Assembly: GCF_037042905.1 (NCBI RefSeq)
Contig: NC_087251.1
Location: forward strand, 33,978,001-34,042,000
From: Lytechinus pictus
Taxonomy: Eukaryota
DNA length: 64,000 nucleotides
Reading direction: 5' to 3'
The notes below the pieces were generated by a model. It did no database searches. It was not told the origin of the DNA and saw only the letters and a program-made list of their open reading frames with translations. A program made the translations under genes and the position numbers. Positions 50,230-64,000 of the stretch are shown here, in pieces. Position 1 is the first letter of the stretch; each line of letters opens with the position of its first letter.

Positions 50230-50615
50230 TGCATGTGAAATAAAATGAAATATTCTAATTTTCTCCTCATTGTCAAGTGAAACAAAGATTAATTCCTCCC
50301 TGAACATTTGGAATTAGCATTGTTTTAATACTATATGGTTCAGGTCCTTACTGTCAAATCTGTAAAAAATGAAATATTGTATAATTCAAACAATAAAAAC
50401 CAAAAGAAAGAGTGAGTGATGAACATCATCGACTGTCTCATTTACATGTCACTGAGATGTGCATATAACTGTTTTGTGAAAAATAAGCGAAACTTTAAAA
50501 TATTATAACTTTCTTAGTTTACATCCGTTTTTGATGAAATTTTATCGTTTTGCTAGTTGGATTTTTCTCTATTTTTTCAAATCATTATTTTTCTGGAGTG
50601 GACTTGACCTTTTAT
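50230..50615. mobile_element. Kolobok-like MITE fragment (one end)
   Basis: End CTGGAGTGGACTTGACCTTT(T)A resembles TTAAAGG-type termini; ATAACTTTCTTA-type subterminal motif also seen near 60400 and, reversed, near 62300. Confidence 0.35.
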
Positions 50616-50932
50616 AAGTCCCTCAATCTGTTTTGTTGAGCGGGTAGTCCACTTAAATCACTTTTGATGAATACCCCCTCTGAATATCAAGGAATGCAAC
50701 AGCAGATTCAGTTTCGCCAATGGGGGGGGGGGGGTCATCCACATTTTCCCGGATATGCCGCTAAAACACAGATTTTAAAAATTATATATTTTTAGGAGCC
50801 ATAATTCTAACTAAAGACTGAAATTCTAAGAATATCATACTCTTAAAAACAAGATAATCGATCTCATAATGCCTAAGCAAATAATGAGAGCGCGAAGCGC
50901 GACTTCATTAAAAAAAAATATGTTATCATACC

Positions 50933-52122
50933 CAGTGGCGTACCGTGGGTCACGGCATTGGGGGGGCACCAGCAAAAATTTTGAGTCACTAAGTGAGCGC
51001 GCGAAGCGCGCCCAGTTGCCAGGTATACTTAATAGAGACATTTTAAGGACAGTGCCATTAAACGGATATGTCTCTCACTGGTCAAATAATGCGAGCGCGA
51101 AGCGCGAGCTTAAAATTTTTGATATTTAGATCTAAAAAGGGACATTATAATCAATCTTTTGTAATCATGATATGTACCTGTCTCGCTAAATAATGCGAGC
51201 GCGAAGCGCGAGCTGAAATTTTTGTAAATATTGACCCCCAAAAAGGAAGATTTTAAGGACTATATTTTAAGAATCCATTAAGAGTATACACATCTCACCA
51301 TAGTCATCTAATGCGAGTTCCAATAAGCGCTTGCTGATTTTGTTAGAATTACATCTAAACATGCACATAAAGCACTTGTAATAATGATTAACATACCCAT
51401 CTCACTAATCAAATCTTGCGAGCGCGAAGCGCGATCTGAAAATTTAGGAAAATCAGACCTGAAGAGGGGCATTTTAAGGCTTGTTTGTAGAAATTCACGA
51501 AGACCATACGTAGTTCACTAACCAAATGATGCGAGCGCGATGCGCGAGCTGAAAATTTTTGATATTCAGATTAGAAAGAGGGACATTTAAGGACTGATTC
51601 TAGGAATCCATGGAGAGCAGACATATTTCACCAATCCACTACTGCGAACGTAAGCACGGACAGGAAATGTTTTATATCAAGACCTTAAAATGGGGCAATC
51701 ACTTTAAGTAGTCATGAAAAAGAAGCATACTATTGTACATAAAACAATAACTCGAAGTGCGAGGAAATATATTTGGCAGTTTGGTGTATATTGACTTGAA
51801 AACGGGAGGTTTTAGTTCAACAGGATTATATACATATCTCGGTAAACAGACAATGCGAGCACCAGGAACAATGAAGACATATAGACCCTGAGCAAATTTT
51901 GTTTCATAAAACTATGAAAAAAATGTTTCTTATGTAATATAACATAACATAATTATGATATAATATAACATTATAATGAACAATAATGTCTTCTTTCCCA
52001 CTTCGTTTCTCTTCCTTTCTCCCTCTTTTTCTCCTTTTTCCCGTTTTTTTTTTTTTTTTTTTTTTGGTCAGCCGATTGGGGGGGCACGTGCCCCCCCCAT
52101 GCCCCCCGTAGTTACGCCACTG
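50933..52122. mobile_element. hAT-type non-autonomous element (1190 bp)
   Basis: TIR CAGTGGCGTA / TACGCCACTG; perfect 8-bp TSD ATCATACC (50925-32, 52123-30). Confidence 0.88.
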
Positions 52123-54808
52123 ATCATACCCGAAACATTCTGCAGCATGATTGCAAGATGCGTATCTAACTTAATAATTCAAGAGTGAAGCGAACTTAAA
52201 GTTTTACATACTGAACTTTATACTGGGGAGGGATTACGTATTGCGCATATATTTATTGTAATTATCTTTGTTTAATGCATGCATTTGCGTTATAAATAAA
52301 AAGGACCCCATTGAAGAACAGTGATATTCTGTAAGTACCGCTGAAATGGGCCATCCTCCATATGATTTATGCAATTTTTTTTATTTGAACATGTATATAT
52401 TTTATTCTTTTTATATGCAAATAAATACAGACAAACATATGATACCCCGTCAGATCCGCCTATATGGAATACAAGTTTACCATGGGTGTCAAACTGATGC
52501 TTTCAATAGCTGATTTTCCAATTAGTTCCGCCTCTCCATACAGAGATGTGCACTCCCATGCACTTTAGTTCCACCTCCCCTTACTCAAACCAGCCCACGC
52601 CCTTGCAGAGTCGCCGTATGCAGGAATGGGGTGGCCCATATGGCATCAGAAAAGGATAAGCTAAGATGTTATTTTCTGAATATCATGTCAAAATCTATCA
52701 CAAAATGTGATTTTCATATAAAAAAGGTCAAAATTGTTGTTCGCTCGCTTTGCTCGCTCAGGAGTTTCGAACGTTATGACGCCATTGTTGTGCCCCTCAA
52801 TTTTCTTTGGACTCTTATAGGATTATAGGTTTACGCTAGGCCTACTGATTTCGAGTCTTGTGATTATTTTCACTGATATACAAGTTTTTCGTAAAATTAT
52901 ATGAAAGATAGTGTTATTCTCTTCATTATCATACACACCCCGTACATAAAATCATCTTTATACTAGCTCATTCTTTTCAACCGACCATTTACCAGTCATC
53001 ATGACCATGATCGCTTTAATAATGCAGGGACTGTACTTTGAGTCCATGCAATTTCCCTACAAACTCACCAATCGCGTTTGCACTGATAGGATTTTTTTTA
53101 AATGTTTTGATACTTTGCAGATTTAAAGACATTATAGCTCGATGACGAAAGTAAGACCTCGATTAACTAGGGACAAACAATGGGGCCTAATATGACAAAA
53201 AGAGAGAGAGAGAGAATTAAAAAGTGCGGGATGCATAATATTCGCTATTAATTATTTGCCCTCCTCACCTCGAAGCAAATTGACTATTTATTTTGCTTCA
53301 TCATCAAATCATTCGTCATCGGATATTTCGAACACGGAAATCACACTTCTTGTAAAATTTGAAAGAAAAAACCATGGGCGTGAAGCGCGCCGAAAATTGC
53401 AATTTTTGTATATTAAATTTTGTTAATTCGTATGCCAATTTTAATCAAGTTAATTTTTTTATAGTGCTTACATAATGAATAGTTGTCAAAGTATATCGAA
53501 AACTTGTATGCAGTGTACCGGACATGTAAAAACATAGCAGACGACGTTTGCAGACCTCGCGATCATCGTATGACTAGTGGTGCGGAATGTTCCATTGCGG
53601 CTTTATGGGTGAAATAGCATTACAGAGGGATAAAATGTATACACAGATAATGTTTCAGCGTTGATTCGCAATATTTTGAGTCAATTTTCATGAATTATCG
53701 TTGTTTGAACATTTAAACATCATTATAAAATGAAAGAAATAAGCAAAACTTAATTTTCAGACTTAGCTATGCAGTGGTAAGCTAGGATGCACCCCTCGTA
53801 TACATAATGGACCCGTCACGAGTGTAGGTTTGCTCTTCGGACATCACTATCACAAAGAAAATCTCCTCTGATTTGATGATAAAAGTGCCCTATTTCCTTA
53901 TTAACCAATCTCCATGGTTCTTTCATGAGTATTTGCCTTACAATGTGCCCTTTATTGTAATCTGGGCGGAAATTCATGATACCACCACCCACCGATGTGA
54001 CGAGGGATATAATCCACCCGGGTACTATAAAAATGTCCCCCAAACCCATTATCCCAATACATATTCCTGACTATGGATGGTTTTTAGTGATTTTAATGTA
54101 ATAAAGTGCCATATTTCCCACCAATTGAATGTAAAGAAAATTATGGTCATCTGATAGAAGAAGTTGTTACCATTCATTTCAGGGGGGCGGAAATTCTATC
54201 TGAATCAACGCTTGTCCTTGATACACATTTGTTTGTGAAAAAAGGGTATAATGCAAGGGAATTCTGCGTGTTATAAGGGTGCGCGCGTGCAGCGAGGACC
54301 TTCTGTCCGCTAGTTTTCCATATGAGTGACGGTGTCAAAAAATAATTGGGGGAGGGGGCTAATTTATATGTTTGTCGATCACCACTGATGTCGGGCAATC
54401 GCCCCTGTCCCCAGGATCGATCGACGCCTCTGCTTGATGATAAAATACGATTCGGAGAAATGTGTGCACCGAAAATGTTATTAGGCTTACGTGTGGTACG
54501 TGTTGAAGCTACACGTATAGATTAATTATTGGTTTGTGGTTTCTATGACTATCTATTCTTTGAATTCGTCGGACTGGTCTACACATACGAGATTATAGAC
54601 CTGTTTACTAACATTGAACAAATATTGTTTTGACTGACAGCTTATTTCAGAGACATTATGCCGTAAGTAGCAACAACATTGTATGTAAACGGATTCAACA
54701 TACTTTATCACAACATCTCGTTAATTCTTGGTAATTCTTAGGGAAAAAAATCATGCACAGTCATACTGATAAAGATGCATGATTTTTGATCGACTCGGGC
54801 GTCTACCC

Positions 54809-54890
54809 CATAGGCGGCGGAAGCGGGGGGGACGTGTCCCCCCCTAAATTTTAGGTGGGGGGACGGTCCCCCCTTAAATTTTTAGTTGAT

Positions 54891-54924
<34 letters not shown>

Positions 54925-55053
54925 TGTTTGTCAATTTTTTTTTTCTGCGTCCCCCCTAAAATTTTTGGTTGATAACCTTTTCTTTTTTTTTTTTTTTGCT
55001 TGTCAAAAATGTTTTGTGGTCCCCCCTAAAATGTTTGGCTTCCGCCGCCAATG
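54809..55053. mobile_element. hAT-like MITE
   Basis: TIR CATAGGCGGCGGAAGC / GCTTCCGCCGCCAATG; imperfect CTACCC duplication on both sides. Confidence 0.75.
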
Positions 55054-55161
55054 CCTACCCCCCCCCCCCCCTCCCATGCGCTAAAGTCATGTATACATGC
55101 ATGGGATAATTGCTCACTTTTTTAGTCAATCATACTGATAGAGGGACATGGACATGGTGAA

Positions 55162-56770
55162 CAGTGGCGTATCTATATAGGACAAACGGCGCCCGGGGCC
55201 AAAGTGCTAAATCGCGCCCCTTTCAAAGTCGTGTATTATACAGGGGAGGCGATCCTGGGGGCGGGGGTACAATTTCCCCCCTTCCCCACTTTTTGGAGCA
55301 CTGAAAAGTGTCCTTTTACGTAAGAATAATGCCCCCCGCGAACGTGTCTGTGCCCCTTCACATGAGGACCCAACTGCCAATTTTTATTTTTTTTAAATGC
55401 CCCCTCACAAATGTGTTCTGTGCCCCTTTGTCATGAGAAGGACCCGTTTTGTGTGTTAACGAGTGCCCCCTTGCCTTCTCATAGGTGCCTGTTCTTCATA
55501 TCAGATAAATTGTCCTTAAAAACCACTCTTTTCGTGCCTGATTAGCGTCCGGTTTCTTTATATATAGCGATCTGCTTCCTTCTGCCAGTGCATCCTTTAA
55601 TCGCATAATCTCTTTCAAAATACGATTTGCCCCTTTCGCTATCATAATTCACCCATTTTAACCTCTAATTAAATGACCTATTTTAATGTACCCTTGATGA
55701 CTTTTTATATACAAGCTTTCGGCCATAATTAGGCCTTCTTCAGGCTTAAAGACGGCCCAATTATGGCCTTAAGCTTGATGAACTGAACCCCGGTTACGTC
55801 TCATTGTAACTATATTCTAGCTGTATTTTATAGCATCCTCTCAAATATATACCCCCAAAGCACCCTCGCAATGTATAGGTCCCTGCTTCTTATATATGCC
55901 AATTTCGTTTCAATAAGATCTTTATTAGACTGAATATTCTAAGCACTTTTGGTAATCATTAATTGACATGATGCATATCTAAACAATTAATACAAGCGCG
56001 AAGCGCAAGCTGAAAATTATTGATATTTATACTTTAAAATGTGGCATTTTAGGGAGGAGTAATCCCATGATGCGTATCTAACCAATCAATTAATGCAAGC
56101 ACGAGGGGTGAGCTGAGATTTTTTAAATATTTAACCTAGCTGAAAGGGGAAAATTGTAAGGACTATTGTGGGGATTCATGAAAAGATACGTATTTCATCG
56201 GCGTAATGCAAGCGCGAGCTGATTATTTTTCTTTCAATATCGTCACCTAAAAAGGTACATTTTAAGGATTGTTTGTAAAAAATAATGAAGAGGATTTTTA
56301 TCTCCCTTATCAAATCAGCGCGTGATGAAAAGCTTGATATTTAAACCAGAACAAATGTATATTTCAGAACTGTTTAAGAATTGATGAAGAGTAACGTATC
56401 AAAATGCAAACCTGCAGCTAGAGATTAAAAGTTATTTGCGTTTGAAAAGAGAATATTTAAAGGACTGTTTGTTGGAATTCTTGAAGAGACTAACTATATC
56501 ACTAATAAAAAGTTAATTGGTACGAATATTAGTTCCTGTGTAAAGACTTGAAAGATTAATTTTCTAAATGTGTTTGAAACTGCATTACCATGGTAATAGG
56601 ACGGGGGTATTAATCACCTTCAGTGGTACGGCCTATACCTTATTTCTGCGCCTTTATTCCTTGGCCTTTTCTCTGCATTTTTCCCCTTTTCTTTATTTTG
56701 GCCCCTTCCTTTTTTGCCCCTCCCCCTGTGCCCCTTCATAATCGTTAAGGGCCGGGTCTACACCCTATAC
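55162..56770. mobile_element. Older relative of the 50933-52122 hAT-type family
   Basis: Starts CAGTGGCGTA; decayed GCGCGAAGCGC units at ~55996-56220; right end unclear. Confidence 0.5.
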
Positions 56771-57326
56771 ACTCCCCAATTTCCAATGGGAGACCATTTT
56801 GGATTTTTTTTTCTATGTCTATTTGTAACACCTATGCGGATGATACATAGCGATCGACTAGCTGTTCTGGGAACATGAACGTTATACAGAGAACATTAAT
56901 GTCCCCCGTTCTTTTCGAGCCACGAAGACGATGCGCTTGACGTCAGCGTATGTAAATTGGTCGGAACTACTTTACCAAATATAAATTATATTCAATAACT
57001 TCATACTATGGCAAACAGTCTGTTGATTTAATCAGGGTTGGAAAACCGACATATGTGTTAAAATCGACAATCCTATGCTTGGCTGGCACAGGAAACGCCG
57101 GATGAACTTTATATCCTTGAGAGGAAAATAATCAGAGTGTTTGCAAAACTGAGCCAATCCCAGTCTTCTATCTCGATCGAGTCGATGTGGCAAGTTGAAG
57201 GGTGAATAATATGCAACATGATTACATACAAACCAATCAGATTGTCAGTTGGCTTGGCAACGTTCCAGGAGATGGCTGTTGCCATGCAGAATTCTGCAAG
57301 GAAAGAAAATCGAGGGCAGCTATAGT

Positions 57327-57600
57327 CAGGGGCGGATCCAGCTTTTTATAAAGGGGGGGTTGGGGTGGTATGCGAGGGAGCGTAGCGACAGATTCCAAGC
57401 GAGCGGAGCGAGCGAGGGGGGAGGGGGGTGTCCCCCCTCCCACAGTAGGGAAAATTTTTGAAAATCTGTGTGTGAAAATGGCGTTTTCTTGCATTACAAG
57501 TTTTAAAAAAAAGATAAGATTTAAAAAAATGGTCCCCGGATTTTTTTTTTTGGGGGGGGGGGTTGCAACCCCCCCAACCCCCCCTCTAGATCCGCTTCTG
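57327..57600. mobile_element. MITE
   Basis: TIR CAGGGGCGGATC / GATCCGCTTCTG; ATAGT directly flanks both ends. Confidence 0.7.
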
Positions 57601-60600
57601 ATAGTGCTCAGTTCCCCCTACTGGATCATGAGCTTCCCTGGTATACTTCTATTCCCAAACCGGTAGCTCCAAAGCAAGTATAGTCTATATAGGCTATGGG
57701 CAAAATGAAGATGAAAAAATGAAAATCATATCAATATGTTTTATCTCTGATCATGCAGATAAAATGTCAAAGGGGGCCCCTGAGATCCCCGACCCCCCCC
57801 CCCCCCCCGCACATACAATTCAATATGTGATCACTGCTTTCAATAACATTCCCCTCTACACTCCTCAAATTACAAATTGTTCTGCTAAAAGAGGATCGAG
57901 GTACGTACGTGTCGAGTGGGGAGCGGTATAGTCGAACAAATAAGCTGATGAGGAATAGGCCTATAATTCATGTTAGTAGTAATCTTATTTTAGAACGCCT
58001 TTATCGGCTTAATAAAAGTGTCAAAGAAGAACTGCAGTAATCATCATCTAAAAGCAGGCAGATGATCGACTATGGGCCGCGGAACGCGGTTAATTTTGAA
58101 AGTGGGGGTGGGGGCTAAGCCGAACGTGGGGAGGGGACTGACTTTGCAAAATCACAATCAGGTGGCAATTTTTACGTGTTTGTACACGGTTTTTGAAAAA
58201 AGTGGAGGGCGAGCCCATCCAGCCCCCCCCCCCTTCCGCAGCCCCTGCAATTTGATAGCCTAGCTTATAATGACACGTTATATATTGCTGATATGGTAAG
58301 ATGCTCTTCTTTTCAGAAACCATTATAACCACCACACGCTTCTGTTGTGACAGTCTCACAAAAATATAAACATTTGAAGGGGGGCGCTATAGGAGTAAAA
58401 AAAATAGAATATGATTATGATTAATTCGCATAATTATTATCTTGCAGTGTCTTGAAATGTTTTTCAGAATAAAGAACCCTGTTGAATGGGGGAGAAAGAT
58501 CTGTGTATACATTAATTAAACCGGAATATCCAAAGCTTTGGAAGAGCATACGTTGATACATCTGGTCTTGAATTATCAATTAATTATAGAGCGATAAGGA
58601 ATATCATGTACCAGATTCTTCCTATAGATGGCGGTAGTGACAAATCAAGGTTCGCATCCATTGGGGTTTGTTATCTTCTCGAGTGTTCCCCCCCCCCCCC
58701 CCTTTAGTCATGCACGATTGCTTGTACATAAGGCGGGACATAGGGTAGTAAAGTTCTGCGTTAAAATGCGACATCTTTAAGGGGGGGGTATTTTTACAAT
58801 TAAGGTTGGGGCGGAATTTTGTGTACGTTATACTCACCTGAAAGGGGGCCTATAGAGGGCCATTTAGAGGATACATATCTCGCTAAATGATAAAAAACAT
58901 TTTGAAATGATCAGAATGATCTAACTGCACAGGGAGAACAAGCATGAAGCCTGGTCCCGGAGCCTGGTGGATTTTTTGTTTGATATATTTACCTGAATTT
59001 TTGTTTCTAGTTCCCAATTCTTCCCCTTGCTTAATCGTTTTCCTTCCTCTACTTCATTCTATTGTTCTTTGCCCCTTTTCTCTTTTGTGCTGCCAAAGAT
59101 GAAGGGGGGCAGGGGCACGACTTCCGCCAAATGTGTGAGTAAAATGGGCACTTCAACCCCTGTCAAGGTTTCTGATCAACATTGTTCTGGATCAAATTCT
59201 TATTTTTATACTTACAAAAAACATAAGTGAAGAAAAAGAATGAGAGTGAAAAAGAGAGCCTCGCATATGAAAGAGAAAAAAATAATGTATGCCTAAAATG
59301 TCCTTAAGACAGAGCCAAATTGGGCTTAAAATCTATCCTGACCTGCTTAAGTCATGTATATTTAGACTCAAAGCAGTATTTTAAGCAAGTTTGGTAATAA
59401 CGATCAAGGATGCAAGTCTATAAGAGAGCGGGAAGCGCTTGATTGTTTTTATGTGTCCTGAAAGTTTGTCCATTCCCAATTCTTCATATTCACTCTCCTC
59501 CTCCTCCTCCTCTTTCTCTCTTGCACCAGAAGCAAAAGACAAGAGTTCCTCTCTTTTTTTTCTTCTTTCGATCTGGAAATATGACATTATAGGTCTTTCT
59601 AATAAAGGCACACATTTATAAAAAATCTTCTACAAGTATATCCAAAATTGTATTTCCTTTGGTAAATGTGTCTCGGGCTCATAAACATATATCCAACATA
59701 ATCTATTTTTCCTTTGAAATAAAGCCACACTTATCACAAAATTCTTTTAAATCCACAAATGTATTTCTTTTGGTCACTCTCTCTCAAGGGCTATACACAT
59801 ATATCCATCACGAGATATATAATATTCAGACATTAACAATGGATAAACTGACATTGTATCACTATTCATAAAAATTACCTAAGCACCACTGTAATAAGGG
59901 GTTAAGTACTTACATATCATCACAAATTCTAAGTTTGCATTTTACTTGTTAAGTGACAAACTGTCTGAATGTATTACAAGAAATAAAGAATTGTTTGCAG
60001 ACATAGGCTCATCAATATCGATGGCCAAATAATCAATTGATTATTGTGATCTTTCACAAATAAAAGCAGTACTCAATGCTGAAAATAATGATTTCATATT
60101 AAATTAAATAAGCAAATGCCAATTTTAAAAAATCAAATTCTGATACTCATTTCATATCTTTCGTATCATATTACTCCCTTGAAACAGAATGAGTTGCAGT
60201 AATGATTATGATCATCTTGCACATTAAATCACAAGACAATCCTAGTTTTACATTCTTGGAGGACAAAGTATCAATTTAAACATATTCTTATAACAAGAAC
60301 CAAAAGAATAAATGGGGGATATGACATATTCAGCTCACCTTGTCATGAAGACAGGCAAAGAACTGTTTCACTGAAATAAAAAAAAAAGTTACAACATAAT
60401 AACTTTGTTGTTTATTGTCTGAGATTGATTAAATTTTCAGTTTGTCTGATTTTACTTCATCCTTTCGAATCAGAATATCAAGAATTCTCATAAATGAAGG
60501 ACAAATTCTTTGTATTATCCATTGCATAATTTGCATTTGGTCTAAAAACTCTTCATGGGTCAGAAACATGGAAAAGGTAAATTCAGCTGAATATCTAGGA

Positions 60601-62889
60601 TATAAGATAAGCACTGCTACCTGTCGGAAGCTTAAGATAAATACATACTTAGTAGCAATACATAAAAGGTTCACAATGAAATATATGTTAGACTGAGCAA
60701 TGCTTAATGGAATATGACCAGAGAATTACAGAATGATGCCAATGATGTTTGAGGTGTTTGAAGGTCGTTTCACAGTCAAAGCAAAGTCAATGTCATTTTC
60801 ACCAAACTATGCAGGTCGAGAGTCACCTTTGTAGGCCAAAAAAGAAAAGAAAAAGAAAAAAGGTTCACACGCTTATCTTTATCCAATTGTATTTTGTTTG
60901 CCAATTAGGTCAGGTGAAATGGGGCAATTAACAGATTCTGACTTCTGTTAGATATATATTAAAATTCATAATAAATTATACTATTGATCTCACAATAATG
61001 TCAATAGGGCAAACTTAACTTGGCTAATACTGAATCTCATTTAAACACACAACAGAATGATAGAACGACTAACACACCACATCAATGATTTATTTTCCTT
61101 TCAAACCCCATTAGAGAAAAGAAATAAAAACGCATAAAGAAACTTCATTTAAAACAATGAAAATTAATCTTAAACATTTTTCTTTTGATTTACACATAAC
61201 ATCTCTACAATCCCAAGAAACTGGAGACCAATACTACAACATGAATTTTCAACAATATGTTTTGGCCTAAAACTATTTTCATCAAATTATGGCAAATTGA
61301 AAGGACACTTCCATATTGAGGAACACGATTATCTAGAATATTGTTGCCAATTGTATTTTTAGGAGTGATCTTGCAACCTAATTTATACAAATGTAACAGT
61401 TTCCACTGTCTAAACCTGTATAAATCAATCTTGGCATTAATGGTGACACACAAGGTTTGCCAAGTACTCTATAATTACTGATACAGTAATTAACTTGCCT
61501 ATCCCTTGACATCCACTAAAACCTACTCATGAGGTTACAGTGAGCTTTCTATCTACTAGCTACAAGGATATTTCAATCAAATCATTGCACAGGGAACAGC
61601 ATTTGGATTACCCTGAATATTCTCATACATGAACACACATCATATTGTACCACGCTATATATAATATATATCCTTCATTATTTACACTGTACATCTACCT
61701 TCGATATTAAGCTACATCCTACGAACTCGGCACTCATATTGTTTAAATTCTGAGTAACATAATTCAGTCTATATCATGATTTCGCACTTTATTTAGAATT
61801 CAATTTCTCAGGCCAAGCATTGGCAGTAAAACAGCACATGAAAACAAAATGATTGGTTGGGAGTGCTTCACAATGTTACCATTTTAATGGTCCTGACAGC
61901 CTAGTTTTGCAGTGACCCTGGTAATCAAAACTGAATGACAAAAACCTTCTGATTTTTTTTAAACCTTGATACATGAAGATTCTATTCATCCAATATCAAT
62001 ACAGGTAAAGTTGTAAAATTCGACCTTCTCTTTGTCGAATATTTGTATTAGTTGAAGCAAATTGTGCAAAAATGTGATATATACTTCTTTTAAGTCAAAT
62101 TTCTCCCAAGCCTAACAGATTTCTCTGGTACAAATACATTTGACTTGGGCAAAGGTACCTGCATTGTACTATATGAATCACAATATTACATTTCTTTTTT
62201 TCAAAGGATAATCCAATCCAAGTTTGGATTTATTTTGAAAGAAGAGGGGATAAAAGTAGAGGAGCAGAAAGGTGAATTTTACGCAATAATGGACAAACAA
62301 TAAGAAAGTTATGAATTTGTTCAAGTTATAAAAAATTGTACAGGTCACTGTATCTCTGTGGATTTCAAATTGGCCGCATATAGGAAATGTGAAGACAGAT
62401 GTTCAAAATTAATACTAGTACATGATTTTATGCATGGCTGGTGAACGGTGACCTGTTCTTATGTTGAGATCAACCCTATCTGTCCCGTTTTTTGTTAAAG
62501 TAGGAGTGAATTTCCTAAATCTGCAAAGATCAGATTGCAACTTTAGCTGACAGGAATCAATATGATTGGGGATCTGATTCAGCACCAGAGAAAAGGGTCC
62601 CATTTATAACAAATGCACAATTTCAATAACAAATTTACTATCAGCCAATCAAATTGAAGGATTTCAGTAGCTTTAAACTATTATTGCAAATTTTATCATC
62701 ACAAGTTTTATGAAATGGTCCATGGGTCAATGGATGTGCATAAAGTCAGATGCAATGTTATGAAACAGGTTCATGAAAAACAGGAGGCAACATTTTTTTT
62801 TGTCTTCTGGTGAATCTCTTGGGACCAGAGACATCTCTTTGACTTAGGCGAAATTTGACTAAGAAGATGTAAATGACACGTGTTCAGTA

Positions 62890-63355
62890 TGGCAAGTTCC
62901 CCCAAGTCTGCACAGTCCCCCTTGTCTGCGCACACGCGTATCTGCGCGATTCTAGTACAAGAAGATACGCAACGACCACAGACTTTACACATGTAATACA
63001 TAGAAAGATATTCATTTAAAAAAAAATCTGACTAAAAATGGTGGAAAAATAATGAAATTTGGGCATTTCATGTGACGGCCTCAAAATGCAGCCTTTTTCA
63101 TCAAAATCCCTGAATCGTGTGCAAAGTGAATGGGTGCGCAGAAATGGGGTACCATTTTTTGGTTCAATCTGAAAATGACTGCCCGATGTTTTTCCCAAGA
63201 AAATCATATATTTCTTTCAAATTTTTATGAGATATTTGGTTCCCTTAATCATAATAATATAAGGAAAATTATCAACTGAAAGATTTTGTGAAATAAAAAG
63301 AAATTCATGTTAAATCTTAACTCAAATCGTTAGGTGCGCAGACTTGGGGACCACC
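62890..63355. mobile_element. Degenerate DNA-transposon remnant
   Basis: CCCCAAGTCTGCACA ... TGCGCAGACTTGGGG inverted ends. Confidence 0.5.
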
Positions 63356-64000
63356 ATCATATAATCTGGTCTGAAATAATGGTGAGCATTCGACTTAAAG
63401 GCCGACTTATGCAGAGACTCCTGCATGCATAAACTACACTACAAAATCTCACAAAAACCTCTCACTTCCCTGCTTAGACATATTCTGCTGCCATTTCTAG
63501 AGATAATGTAGTTGAAATGCATAACTAATGCTATCCACAAGGAGAGGAAAAACAGTAAAATGTTTCCTTTATTATCATTCTTGATTTGTTAGATTCTTCT
63601 CTTCTTTTTTTTTAAACCAAATATCAGTCATTCACCAGGTAGCAAAAATACAAATTAAGATAATTTACATATTCGTTTGAGGTCAATATTTACTATGCTA
63701 CTGCACTGCCAATAAATGATGACCATTGAAGACAGCATGAAATATTAATAGTTGCCAACAAATGCATTTTACATTTCAATGCAGACCAATCAACAAGAAA
63801 TGAAGTGCGGAACCCTGTAACATAAAAAAGATGCAATCGATATTCATAATCAATTATCATTTTCAGTACATAGTTTGCCATAGATGTACAATTACAATCA
63901 ATTATAGCGTCTGTGTTACAGGGCCCTGGTTTTGCAACTCAAGAAGACAATAAAAAATGATGGAAACCTGAAGTATAGGTCTTTACTTCTAGAAAATTCA

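Larger units (their letters stand above)
53815..57296 (-). pseudogene. Possible fibrinogen-related (FReD) pseudogene fragments
   Basis: Minus frames give VCVDQSDEFKE*IVIE (~54590-54540) and NGFGGHFYSTRVDY...GGWWY (GGWWY at 53993-53979); a hydrophobic leader-like exon follows the AG at ~57297. Confidence 0.3.

Noticed and set aside
58400..64000. Additional host gene exons
   Set aside because: No convincing coding motif or splice-consistent exon chain found by eye; short exons cannot be excluded.

Overview
Eukaryotic, AT-rich, repeat-dense animal DNA; the repeat families resemble those of echinoderms such as sea urchins (inference). (1) The last 12 coding exons of PSME4/PA200 (proteasome activator) lie on + at 2504-10323 and end in the conserved YYA*. 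(2) The intron upstream of them holds a 5'-truncated Penelope-like retroelement (RT + GIY-YIG) whose 3' region carries a minimal hammerhead ribozyme motif. (3) A ~3 kb purine-rich higher-order satellite follows. (4) About 18-37 kb looks like a decayed, intron-containing KDZ/Zisupton-like DNA transposon on -, with tandemly amplified Ulp1-protease-like modules (inference from hand-translated motifs). (5) A young, nearly intact CsRn1-clade Gypsy LTR element on - (40070-46141) has TG...AA ends, a tRNA-Trp PBS and a G_GGA_AAC + H-type pseudoknot -1 frameshift signal, and is nested in a CACTA-type non-autonomous element. (6) The rest is SINEs, MITEs (hAT, Harbinger-like, Kolobok-like), a LINE fragment and a possible fibrinogen-domain pseudogene. 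No database searches were run; family assignments come from recognised motifs.
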